A stretch of DNA of 64,000 nucleotides, taken from NCBI RefSeq assembly GCF_009914755.1, contig NC_060928.1. One strand, written 5' to 3'. Below, piece after piece: positions 35,538-50,413 of this stretch. The notes below the pieces were generated by a model, which ran no database searches, had not been told where the DNA came from, and saw only the letters and a list, made by a program, of their open reading frames with translations. The position numbers and the translations under genes were made by a program. How positions within the stretch are numbered: position 1 is the first letter of the stretch; each line of letters starts with the position of its first letter. The stretch is from the human T2T-CHM13v2.0 reference genome, Homo sapiens.

Positions 35538-35762
35538 CTGGAAATTTATTATGCTTTTTTGATGGTGTTATGTTTCCTAATTTTTCATGTTTCTTGTTCT
35601 GTTGAGTTGATGTTTGCACATTTTTCTGGAGCAGTCAGCTCTTCCAGACCTTACGAACTGTTTTTGGTGGGAAAAAACCCTTCACCTCTGGGTGGGTAAA
35701 GGGGCGTCAGCTATGAGGGGTGCAGTGGTTTCAGTTTCAGTGAAGGTACAGAGGCATAATCT

Positions 35763-36133
35763 CTTTTTATTTTTATTATACTTTAAGTTCTAAGGTACAT
35801 GTGCACAACGTGCAGGTTTCTTACGTATGTGTACATTTGCCATGTTGGTGTGCTGCACCCATTAACTCGTCATTTACATTAGGTATATCTCCTAATGCTA
35901 TCCTTCTCCCCTCCCTCTACCCCACGACAGGCCCCGGTGTGTGATGCTCCCCTTCCTGTGTCCAAGTGTTCTCACTGTTCAATTCCCACCTATGAGTGAG
36001 AACATGCGGTGTTTTTTTTTTTTGTCCTTGTGATAGTTTGCTGAGAATGATGGTTTCCAGCTTCATCCATGTCCCTACAAAGACATGAACTCATCCTTTT
36101 TCATGGCTGCATAGTATTCCATGGTGTATATGT
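35763..36133 (-). mobile_element. L1PA 3' end, 5'-truncated
   Basis: L1PA 3' UTR; degenerate TSD gtacagaggcataatct/gtacagtggcatggtct. Confidence 0.9.
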
Positions 36134-37286
36134 ACAGTGGCATGGTCTTCTTGCAGTTCTGTTTGTTGAGGTCAGCATTAGTGAATGTTGCAGGGTTCCT
36201 CAGCAGGTAAGGCTATTGTTTTCTTTAGCAGTGGTGAGGATGTTGGGGTTTTCAGTGGTGAAGCCTGTTGGGATCTTCTTGATTTTTTTTTCTCCCACCT
36301 GGAAAGTGTGGCTGAGGGAATCTTTCTTGGTCCTGAGTCTGGTTTGTGGATGCATTTACAATGGCAGTGGAACTGGTCTCTAATGCACAGTGACAGTGGA
36401 GCAACTGTGAAGCTGGGGCCTGAAGCTTGGGCATATGGGGAGCAACAGTGGCTTCAGAACCAGGGGATGGGCTAGCTGCTTGTGGTGGTGTAGCCATTGT
36501 GTGGAGCATTGACTTGTGCAGAGGTCACAGTTCCAAGCCTCATGGTGTGGGCTAGCTCACAGTGGTGGTGTCTCTAGTATCTGATGTGTAGAGGGGCAAA
36601 GTGCAGCCATGGAGTTGGGGTCTGGAGTGTGAGCATGTGAAGAGTGACAGCAGAGCTGGGGACTGGGGAGTAGACTATTTCTCTGTGGCAATGGCTTAGA
36701 TGTCCAAGGCGTGAGTGCTTGTGGAGTGGCTATTATAATTTTTTTTGACCAATTCAGAGGTCTGAGAAACCAAAATTATAAGCTGAAGAATCAACAAAGG
36801 TAAACATAGTTTACATACATATCTAATGATTCTAAGTGATTTTTAGGTGTAATATAAACATATTACAGTGAGCTGAGGCTCTGTAATATAGGGAGAAGTT
36901 ACTTCAATTTGGTTGAGATAGAGTATGAACACTTATCAAGAAAGGGGTTTTGAAGTCCATACTCTTCCTCAAACTACTTTTTTGTGATAAGACTGAAAAA
37001 ATTTGGCTGAGCTCACACATCCAAACACCAGGAAATCACTTGGTTCAAGAACTTTTTTTATTCACTTTGAAATCATGTATGAGTTTAGATATTTAGAAAA
37101 TATTCATATTGTCTGAGGGTTAATGCCAAGGCAAATATGCAACTTAAAGCACTTTTTCATGATGCCCTCTCTGGTAAGTTGACAATTAGATGTGCCAACC
37201 ACCTAGCTCTTGGCCAGAAGCTTACATTTGGCCTTTTGTGAATATAAATGAAGATAAAGGTCAAATATTTTGGACTGGGAATTTTT

Positions 37287-39112
<1,826 letters not shown>

Positions 39113-39709
39113 TTACTAAGTGTTCTACTTAAGTTGTCTTTTTTAAAAAAATTTTATGTCATTTTTAAAAATTTTACCTCCAGACACGTAGAAACAGTAA
39201 CAGCTGATACTATACATAATAATGTATAATGTGTCTCCATTTTTCCTAACTTTGCCCAGTCATTTATTTCTTTTTATAATTACTCTACTGTCCACATCTT
39301 TTCATGTATGCAAAGCATATGGATTGAGGACATTTGATGAGGCCACTGAAGGGCAGGTTTCCCACAGCCCCTGGGCCCCTGACTTCAGGATATCAGGAGG
39401 GCTCAGAGCCAGCAGGCTAGTGGCTGCCAGCTTAGTCAGTCAGGGTGATAATGGGACTCTGCCTCAATCTCTCCACAGTGAGGGCTCTGTTGGTTGAACA
39501 GTGACCCCAAACAACAGTCTCTAGAAAGTCTTCTACTCTCTGAACAGAGTCAGGTTTATTTTTGCTATTTAAATCTATTAATAATATTAATTTTCTGCTG
39601 ACTATACAAATAGTTCACTATCATTGTAGAAATATTTAAAAATGCAGAAAAATTAAGAAAACCTATGACTTGCAAGGAAATAGCCATTGTTAATATATTG
39701 GTAGGTTTA

Positions 39710-39885
39710 TTTTTATTTTATTTTTAATTTCTTCTTATTTTTAATTTTTGTGGGTACATAGTAGGTATATATATTTATAGGGTACCTGAGATGTTTTGAT
39801 ACAGGTATGCAATGTGAAATAAGCACATCATGGAGAATGGGGTCTCCATCCCCTCAGGCATTTGTCCTTTGAGTTACAGACAATA
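39710..39885 (-). mobile_element. L1MA2/3-like 3' end fragment
   Basis: tttttgtgggtacatagtaggtatatatatttatagggtac…. Confidence 0.7.
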
Positions 39886-40017
39886 TTTTGATATGTTTCT
39901 TTTTAACTTCTGTCTATGGAAAAAGACAAATTATACCACATTAAATTAGATATAACTCCCTAAATTAGATCATTTTATACATGGTTTAGCATTTATACAA
40001 TACTTTTCCTACCTAAC

Positions 40018-42400
40018 TTTTTTTCAATTATCTTTATTTTCATTTCAATAGTTTTGGGGGAACAGGTGGTGTATTGATTGCATGGAAAAGTTCTTTAGTG
40101 GTGATTTCTGACATTTGGGGGCACCCATCACCCAAGCTGTGTATACTATACCCAATATGTAGTCTTTTATCCCTCACCCTCCCACCCTTCCCCACCATCC
40201 CCAAAGTCCACTGTGTCATTCTTATGCCTTTGCATCCTCATAGCTTAGCTCCTACTTATGAGTGAGAACATATGATGTTTGCTTTTCCATTCCTGAGTTA
40301 CTTCACCTAGAATAATGGTCTCCAACTTCATTTAGGTTGCTGCAAATGCCATTATTTCATTCTGTTTTATGACTGAGTAGTATTCTATGGTATGTATATA
40401 CACCACATTTTCTTTATCCACTCATTGGTTGATAGACATTTAGGGTGGTTCCATATTTTTGCAACTGTAAATTGTGCTGCTGTAAATATACATACACAGG
40501 TGTCTTTTTCATATAATGACTTACGTTCCTATGGGTAGATACCCAGTAGTGACATTGCTGGATCAAACAGTAGTTCTACTTTTAGTTCTTTAAGAAATCT
40601 CCATACTGTTTTCCACAGTGGTTGTACCAGTTTACCTTCCTATCAGCAGTGTAAAAGTGTTACTTTTACCACATCCATGCTAACATCTGTTAGTTTTTGA
40701 TTTTTAAATTATGGCCATTCTTGCAGGAGTAAGGTGATATCTCATTGTGGTTGTGATTTGCATCTCCTTGATCATTAGTGATGTTGAGCATTTTTTCATG
40801 TTTGTTGGCCACTTGTATATCTTCTTTTAAGAATTGTCCATTTGTGTCCTTTGCCCACTTTTTGATGAGAGTATTTGTTTATTCTTGCTGATTTGTTTGA
40901 CTTCCTTGTAGATTCTGGATGTTAGTCCTTTGTCGGATGCATAGTTTGCTAATATTTTCTCCCACTCTGTGGGTTGTGTCTTTACTATGCTGATTATTTA
41001 TTTTGCTGTGCAGAAGCTTTTTAGTTTAATTAGGTCTCATTTATTTATTTTTGTTTTTGTTGCATTTGATTTTGGGTTCTTTGTTGTGAACTCTTTGCCT
41101 AAGCCAATGTTTAGAAGAGTTTTTCCAATGTTACCTTCTAGAATTTTTATGGTTTCAGGTCTTAGATTTAAGTCTTTGATCCATCTTGAGTTGATTTTTG
41201 TGTAAGAAGAGAGATGAGGATCCAGTTTCATTCTTCTACATGTGGCTTGCCAATTATCCCATCACCATTTGTTGCATAGGGTATCCTTTCCCCACTTTAT
41301 GCTTTTGTTTGCTTTGTCGAAGATCAATTGGCTGTAAGTATTTGGCTTTATTTCTGGGTTCTCTATTCTGTTCCATTTATCTATGTACCTGTTTCTATAC
41401 CAGTATCATGATGCTTTGGTAACGATAGCCTTGTGGTATAATATAAAGCCGGGTAATTTGATGCCTCCAGATTTGTTCCTTTTGCTTGGTCTTGCTCTGG
41501 CTATGCAGATTCTTTTTGGTTCCATATGAATTTTTGGATTATTTTTTCTAGTTCTGTGAAGAATGATGATGGGAATTGCATTAAATTTGTAGATTGCTTT
41601 TGGCAGTATGGTCATTTTCACAATATTGATTCTACCCATCCATGAGCATAGGATGTGTTTTCATTTGTTTGTGTCATCAATGATTTCTTTCAGCAGTGTT
41701 TTATAGGTTTCCTTGTAGAGATCCTTCACCTCCTCGGTTAAGTATATTTTTAAGTATTTTTGCAGCTGTTGTAAAAGTGGTTGAGTTTTTGATTTGATTC
41801 ACAGCTTGGTTGTTGATGTATTGCAGTGCTACTGATTTGTATACATTGATTTCATATACTGAAACTCTCCTTTCTGTAGCAGTTCCCATTCACCCCTGGA
41901 CTCTGCTCAAGAGTGTTTGCACCCAGTCAAAATTATTACAAAGTTCAGTTGGAAGCTTCTTTCACCCTGTGACCCCTGAAGACCCATGTGAGATATAGTC
42001 AGTGATGGCTGGGGTTGAGCTGGAGAATGTGAGTGCCTACAAGTCTCTTCCTACTGCTGCTTTTACTTTTATATTTTACACTAAATTTGTTTCAGCTCTA
42101 GGTAAGGTTAAATCATTCTCTCATAATCTGGATTTTCAGGTTCCTCAGCGGGGATGTGTGTTCAGAGGCAGGTTTTCCTCCTCTCACACTTTGGGAACTC
42201 ACAGTTTTTTGACTGTCATATGGAATCTTCAGTGGCCTGTCATTTCTTTCCAAAAATCTGTGATTTCTTTTGGTTTTCCTGGTAGGCTCCTATAGTGGTT
42301 TCTAGAGCAAAAGTCAATGGTGTGAGTCTTCACATGCCATTTTCTCTGTCCAAGTGGGAGCTGCAGGTCATACCTGCTTCCTATCCACCATCTTCCCCCC
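40018..42400 (-). mobile_element. L1PB with large internal deletion (5' UTR joined to the 3' part of ORF2)
   Basis: 3' end at 40018; ORF2 runs to 41866; 5' UTR 41867-42400 ends ccaccatcttcccccc; similar flanks caatacttttcctacctaac/caattcctttttacctaat. Confidence 0.85.
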
Positions 42401-45400
42401 TCAATTCCTTTTTACCTAATGTTATATTAATATCATGAACATTTTTGCAATATTAACTAGCCCTCAAAAACAAATTCTTACTGGCTGCTAATACTTGGAT
42501 ATATAGATACAGTATAATTTATGTGATGATTTTTCATGGTTGAGTATCTCAGTTATTACCAATATTGACTATTTTCACGTAACCCTGCAATGCCCAGTCC
42601 TGTACACAAATCTTTCTGTGCATCTCTGATGAGTTTTGAACTTTTTATCATGGAAGATGCCAAATAGATACAAAAGAGGGAAGATTTAGTAAAATGAAAC
42701 CTTCTTTGCACACTGCATGCCTCAGGCTGTTTTGAAGTAAGTCCCAGATGTCATGCATGTGCCAACATATACCTCAAAAAAAGGACTATTTAAAAATCAT
42801 AGCAATTCTGTCATTATCACACCTAAAATAATTAGCTATAATTCCTCAATGTCATAGTCTTTTTAGATAGTGGATTTTTAGAACTGATGGTCCCTTTCTA
42901 ATATGGCTCTTGATCAATATTACTTTCTAGCAAAGCTTTAAAATATGTACTTCCAAAACAGTATATGCAAATTTCTAATGCTTGGCATTTTGACTCTTCT
43001 TGGTTTATCATATTTTTAAATATTGAACAGGGTAAAGGGCTAACTATGGGGAGGCAGTAGAGGGAAGTGGCGATTCACTTACAGTCTCTGGAGCAGGCAG
43101 TGTGGGCATGTATCTGGGTCCTACTTGCTACTTGATATTATTATATCTTTGATTGCATAGTCTCATCTTCAGCAACAGCAATTACTCATAGGTCAACACA
43201 TGTTTTGTAAACTAACTTCACTTCTGCATTTGCTTTAGTTTTTTTTTGCTTTGATTACGTTTACTTTAATTTCACAGAGGTATTAAGTTAGAGGTGTATT
43301 AGTTGCTAAGAAATGAAAAACACAAAATGCTAAGACATCAAAAACAGGTAATTCAACTAATCATTAATGGTGCTCCCAGTTTTTGCCTATTATGAACAAA
43401 GTTGCAATGAACACATTCTGTGAGCAGAGGCTTTTCCTTTGTTTTGATTACTTCTTGAGGACAGCTTTCTACAGGTGGGATTACAAGGTCAAAGGGCATG
43501 ACATTTTTTTGGAGGGGAGGGAATCTCCTATAGCTATTTCTGACCTGTTTTCTAAAACATTTATATGTATTTACACTGCCTTCTGCAGACCTGAGCTTCC
43601 TTTCATCTTTGGAAATATCGATTCTCACCTGGAAAATAGTTATATTTTTTCTAAACAGCTAAATTATGATACCACATATTGTTTGATTACTAGCAGAATA
43701 AAATGTTTTCCTCCTATGTTTATTTATTAATTTCATCTTGCATTTTGGCGATGAGTAAATGAAAAGAAAAGCGAAATCTAGGATAAAAATGTAACAAGAG
43801 AAGTGATGAAATGGAAACTCTCAGAGTGCTGAGTTGCGCTTTGAGTGCTATCAATGAAATCTATAGACAATACATTATTTGTAAGCTATAAGAAAAATGA
43901 TGAGCTCTGTGGTAGGAAACATGTGACCTCTGCCATGATAGAATTCACTCTACTCACAGGATACCAGAAACTGGAATGCTTCATAGAAGAAGGGAGATCA
44001 GGCATAGAGAAAGCACCATTTGGAGCAGCACAAGAAAGGGGATTTCAGATGCCTCTGTCCTCACTTCTGTTGCTTCAGACTGAGTCTTCACATCTCACCT
44101 GGGCCCTTGTAGTGGCCTCCTATGCTTTTGTTGTTTTCACCTCTCCACATGCAATCTGTTTTCTTTAAGCTGCTTCCACAGGTATTTCTAAAACACAAAC
44201 ATGTACATTGTCAAATGTGTCTGCCTACTTAGGGTTTTAGAACTTTGTGGACTACCTCTGATGAGGAAATTTGTGAGCCAGCACAAGACTTCTGAAATTT
44301 ATTTGGAAACATGTCTGCAGATTGATGGTTGGCTATAAACCAACTTCTCCCTAGAATTTATAGCTCACATTAGATCTTGAGGTCAAGACCACCTAGTTAG
44401 TTCTTAGAATGGCAGTTTATTGCCTTGACAGAGATTTTAACAACTATTTTGTACTATAAATCTTTTGATAAGAATGGTCCCACCTGTTTTACTACTTGAA
44501 CATGGTTCAGAAATTGCAGAGTATAAAAACAGTAATATTTGTCAACAATTTTAATGTCCTCTTTTCAACCACCTATGTATTTATTGGCAATACATGCTGT
44601 GTTCAGCACAATGTGAAGAGTTTTGGGAATTTGGGGAAAACTAGATACAATAATATTGCTTTCATCCTTATTGGAAAGGCAAAGGATGCATATAATAAAA
44701 TGAAATATCATGGCTTAATAATAGCATATAATAAGGTGATATGATTAAAAATCAGAAATATACGTAACAGCTAACCCTTAGTGCTTACTATATGCCACAA
44801 ATTGTGCTAAACACTTTGCATTAATTATCTTGACTATCAGATTTAATTTTTACAACTACTCTATGAGGTACATGATTAAAGGTCACATGCAAACTATAAA
44901 TTCAGATGCACTCAATCACTAATTTGCTCAAGTCCAGAGGAGGGAGAAATCATTTCTAGAATTTCTATGGAAGACTTTAAGATGAGATAGAATTTGAACT
45001 GTATTTGAGGGCTGGTTAAAAATTGGATAGACAAATGTAAGTGGGATGCTATTTAGGTAAGAGATGCCATGAGCAAATTCCCAGAGGCAAGGATCTAAGG
45101 AATGTTACTGGCAGAGTGTTCCAGAATTATAGAGAATTTGAAACGGATAAGAGAAAACAGATGAAGATATATAGGCCGGGAATAAAATATATATGTGTAC
45201 AACTATGACTTCCAGGCAGTGAATCCTCACTTTTCCACTTGAGTTTGGAAGAAAAAAGAATTAGGTTCTTGAGCTTTTCTGATTTTACCCTTAGCCTTTT
45301 GGTAGGCTACTATCTACTGAAATCGGTCCTCAGCAGCAGGTCATATTGGGAAATTGTCTTGCCATGTAGTCTCTGTTGGAGTTTGAGTAGATATCCACAA

Positions 45401-45729
45401 CCTTGAGGTAGAGTTCAGACGTTCTTGAGGATGTTATTTGGAAACCCTCTTGATTTTTGGAATCAGGAGTTATGGTTTGATCATCCTCCTCATGCCATGG
45501 CAATGCATCACACAAAGTAGTAGTTTTGCTACTTTATGTTCCTACCCCTAGATGAGTACTATGTGGTAGACCGTGCATGCATGGGTTGTAGTAATCACTC
45601 TGAAAAGGAAATAAACTGTGTGGATTTCTGGCATTATTCTTGGAAACTTTTCTCTTTGAACTATAGGTTTTCTGAAATGACCCTTCTACACTTAATGTTA
45701 CTTAGAGTCCCGATATTTCTCTGCTGCTT

Positions 45730-45920
45730 AGTGTAGTAGTTAGGACTTCAGATCCCAGAGCTGAGTTGTCTGAGTACAAATCTTAGCTGCTCCACTGGTC
45801 CATTTTTTTTTTTTTAACCACTAGCATGAGCCTTCCCCTCTCTGATTAGTTTTCTTATCTTTAAAATGGTGATAGTAATTGTATCTAAATTATAGGGTTA
45901 TAGAGATTAAATAAAATGCA
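45730..45920 (+). mobile_element. MIR
   Basis: gtgtagtagttagga…ttagttttcttatctttaaaatggtgatagtaat…gagattaaataa. Confidence 0.6.
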
Positions 45921-46029
45921 CAGTATTCTTTCCATCTGCTTTCAGGAATGTATTTGAGATTGGGTCATTTTGCAGATGGAACGATGATTTATTGTACTTT
46001 CATCTTACAGATTTATAATTACATCATCA

Positions 46030-46638
<609 letters not shown>

Positions 46639-46710
46639 AATATTACCATTTTCTATTTTTTTTTCCCCATGAAAACATCACTGTAATTTCATATGTCAAT
46701 TAATTCTCCC

Positions 46711-46971
<261 letters not shown>

Positions 46972-47385
46972 AAAAATTTTCCCTTTCTTTATACTTTTAC
47001 TACTTAAATTTAGCACCTTTTTGCTATTACTTAAAAAGCCTTCAAGTTTAACCACTAAAATCAATAACATATACGCATCTGTATGTTGTATTTAGAGTGA
47101 TGAATTCTGAAAACAATAATATACCTCTTTAAATTATAATAATAACATGGCTTATATTACTCTGTTTCAGATGGGTTCTCTAGCTATGGTATAATTATTA
47201 TGTTTAATCACCCCTAACTTATTTTATTTTAAAATTATATTTGTTTTTATATTTTGAATGTATATTTAGCAAGTAGTAAATATAAAGAAACACTTTAAAA
47301 ATCACTATCTGGAGATATTTGAGATTATGCTAAATTTGCAGTTTCTAGCAGGTTATCTTTCCTGTATCCTGGTAAACTAGAGTTT

Positions 47386-48878
47386 TTTTTTTTTTTTTAG
47401 TATTTATTGATCATTCTTGGGTGTTTCTCAGAGAGGGGGATTTGGCAGGGTCATAGGACAATAGTGGAGGGAAGGTCAGCAGATAAACATGTGAACAAGG
47501 GTCTCGTTTTCCTAGGCAGAGGACCCTGCGGCCTTCCGCAGTGTTTGTGTCCCTGGGTACTTGAGATTAGGGAGTGGTGATGACTCTTAATGAGCATGCT
47601 GCCTTCAAGCATCTGTTTAACAAAGCACATCTTGCACCGCCCTTAATCCATTTAACCCTGAGTGGACACAGCACATGTTTCAGAGAGCACGGGGTTATAG
47701 ATTAACAGCATCCCAAGGCAGAAGAATTTTTCTTAGTACAGAACAAAATGGAGTCTCCTATGTCTACTTCTTTCTACACAGACACAGTAACAATCTGATC
47801 TCTCTTTCTTTTCCCCACATTTCCCCCTTTTCTATTCGACAAAACCGCCATCGTCATCATGGCCTGTTCTCAATGAGCTGTTGGGTACACCTCCCAGACG
47901 GGGTGGCGGCCGGGCAGAGGGGCCCCTCACTTCCCAGATGGGGTGGCCAGGCAGAGGTGCCCCCCACCTCCCAGACAGGGCGGCTGCCGGGCGGGGGCTG
48001 CCCCCCACCTCCCAGACGGGGTGGCTGGCCAGGCGGGGGCTGCCCCCCACCTCCCTCCCGGACGGGGCGGCTGGCTGGGCGGAGACGCTCCTCACTTCCC
48101 AGACGGGGCGGCTGCCGGGCGGAGGGGCTCCTCACTTCTCAGACAGGGCAGCCGGGCACAGAGGCTCCTCACCTCCCAGACGGGGTGGCGGTTGGGCAGA
48201 GACACTCCTCAGTTCCCAGACGGGGTCGCAGCCGGGCAGAGGCGCTCCCCACATCTCAGACAATGGGCGGCCGGGCGGAGATGCTCCTCACTTCCTAGAT
48301 GGGATGGCGGCTGGGAAGAGGCGCTCCTCACTTCCCAGACTGGGTGGCCGGGCAGAGGGGCTCCTCACATCCCAGACGATGGGCGGCCAGGCAGAGACGC
48401 TCCTCACCTCCCAGACAGGTTGGCAGCTGGGCAGAGGCTGCAATCTCGGCACTTTGGGAGGCCAAGGCAGGCAGCTGGGAGGTGGAGGTTGTAGCGAGCC
48501 GAGATCACACCACTGCACTCCAGCCTGGGCAAGATGGAGCACTGAGTGAGCCAGTCTGCAATCCTGGCACCTCGGGAGGCGGAGGCTGGCAGACCACTCG
48601 CGGTCAGGAGCTGGAGACCAGCCCGGCCAACACGGCAAAACCCCGTCTCCACCAAGAAATACGAAAACCAGTCAGGCTTGGCGGTGCCCGCCTGCAATCC
48701 CAGGCACTCAGCAGGCTGAGGCAGGAGAATCAGGCAGGGAGGTTGCAGTGGGTCGAGATGGCCGCAGTACAGTCCAGCCTCGGCTCGGCATCAGAGGGAG
48801 ACCGTGGAAAGTGGGAGACAGAGACGGGGAGGGAGAGGGAGAGGGGAAGAGGGGGAGAGGGAGAGAAGGAGAGGGGGC
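47386..48878 (-). mobile_element. Full-length SVA (older A/B-like subfamily)
   Basis: Poly-T with tttatt, SINE-R (~47400-47890), GC-rich VNTR (~47890-48430), Alu-like domain, (GGGAGA)n hexamers (~48820-48877); TSD TAAACTAGAGTTT at 47373-47385 and 48879-48891. Confidence 0.96.
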
Positions 48879-50064
48879 TAAACTAGAGTTTAATTGCACT
48901 GAATTAATTCTGTTTTTTAACTGTCCCTATTTGTACTCATTGGTGACTCTCATAATTTAGGTGGCATGGGACATTCACTAGAGCTGTGATTATAGATCTG
49001 CTATTGAGAACTCTATTCTGGGAAGTTTGAGTTCTAAATTTGATTTTTTTTTAGGGGAAAAAGCTGACATTGTTTTTGATTAGTTTCGATATGAGAAATA
49101 TTGAGTAATACTTGCATTTTGATGCTTCTTGGCATCATGTGCTTGATATCCTCAATATTATTCTATTATGTCTTTTAGAATCAGTCCTTGTTCCTCCTTC
49201 CTCCCATTAAAATCTAATTTGGGTACTTTGATTAGATCATCGAGTCTCTTGACAAACAAACTTTTTCAGTTTCTGAGATGTACCCTGTCTGAGGAATGTA
49301 TCATTGTTTTATAAACCAAAGTCCAGGAAGCCAAACTCTTTCATTTTTATATTATGCATGTGGAGCATTATTCCTTTCCTGTCGTGTTTCCTCTCTCCTG
49401 CGGTAACAGTCACCAAGTGATAGAGCTGCCAAAGCCACTAGCTGGGCTTGTAAGACTTTCTGCTCTACTCTGAGTTTCAAAGTATCTGGAGATGCTTTCT
49501 AGTTTTCCTGATTCCATTCAGCTCTACATCGAAGGTGTGGGTAGGCAGTGATGGGTGAGTCTGCTAACTGTGGCTGTGGCTCGGACGGATTGTGCCGGGA
49601 CGTGTCTGGAGGCTGTCATCCTGCGGCGTGCAGCTTGGCCGCTTGGCTGTGGGAGGTCAGCTCCTCACATCCTCCCTCCAGGAGGGACAGCATGCCTTCT
49701 TTTCATCCAGTATATTCTTTTTTTTTTTTTTTTTTTTTGCTTACTGAGAATTCTTTATCTAGCAAAACATTCTATCATAAATGAGTCCTCCAGTTTATTC
49801 TACGTGGAGCAGCCTCATGCTGATTAGTGGGAAGTAACCAACACAAAGTCTTTCTCTCCATGAACACTTGGAGGTTTGCAGAGCGTGAGATGGTTTCTCT
49901 GAGGGAGTCTGAAGCTCTCTCCTATAACTCAGAGTTTCTCCTTTCTTCACTATTATAGTCCTTCACTTGACTACCAGCTTATAGTCATCTCTGTTGACCC
50001 TTCAGAATATTATTTCCTAGCTTCTTTTGATATTTTTGTTTCTAATTTTAAAAGAATATTCACT

Positions 50065-50413
50065 GTCTTCTCCTGCTTGGCTTATCATAGCAAAATTGCC
50101 GAGACTGGGTGGCTTAACAGAAACTTATTTTCTCACAGTTCTGGAGGCTTGAAGTCAAAGACTAAGGTGCCAGCATGATCAGTTTCTGGTGAGGGCCCTT
50201 CCTGGATTGTTGACAGCTTTTTTCCCCACTGTGCCCTCTCATGGTGACAGAGAGGGGGCTTTCTTCTTATAAGGGCACTGATCCCATTATGAGGGCTCCA
50301 CCCTCAAGACTTTGGCTAAAGCTAATTATCTCCCATTGGTTACATCTCCAAATACCATCACATTGAGGGTTAGGGCTTCAACTTTGGGGGGACACAAACA
50401 TTCTGTTTATGGC
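50065..50413 (-). mobile_element. MaLR solo LTR (MLT1A/MSTD-like)
   Basis: agactgggtggctta…tctcacagttctggaggct…tcttataagggcact…ttggggggacacaaacatt. Confidence 0.75.

Larger units (their letters stand above)
31235..36740 (-). mobile_element. Old L1 (L1MA9-like), internally deleted, hosting MER4 LTRs, AluJ and an L1PA
   Basis: 3' UTR pattern caagctaattaatatattcaccacctcatatagttacc; ORF2-like peptides at 31981-33385; ORF1-like region at 34.2-35.7 kb; 5'-UTR-like at 36.1-36.7 kb. Confidence 0.8.

Noticed and set aside
45240-45620. 61-aa minus-strand ORF and TGCCATGGCA palindrome (RFX-like)
   Set aside because: No recognisable homology, splice context or poly(A)/TSD; a single motif is not enough.
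47675-48960. Many overlapping 100-220 aa ORFs
   Set aside because: Artefacts of the stop-poor GC-rich SVA VNTR and Alu-like domain.
49717-49738. Poly-T as the tail of a processed pseudogene
   Set aside because: No adjacent poly(A) signal, TSD or coding remnant could be seen.
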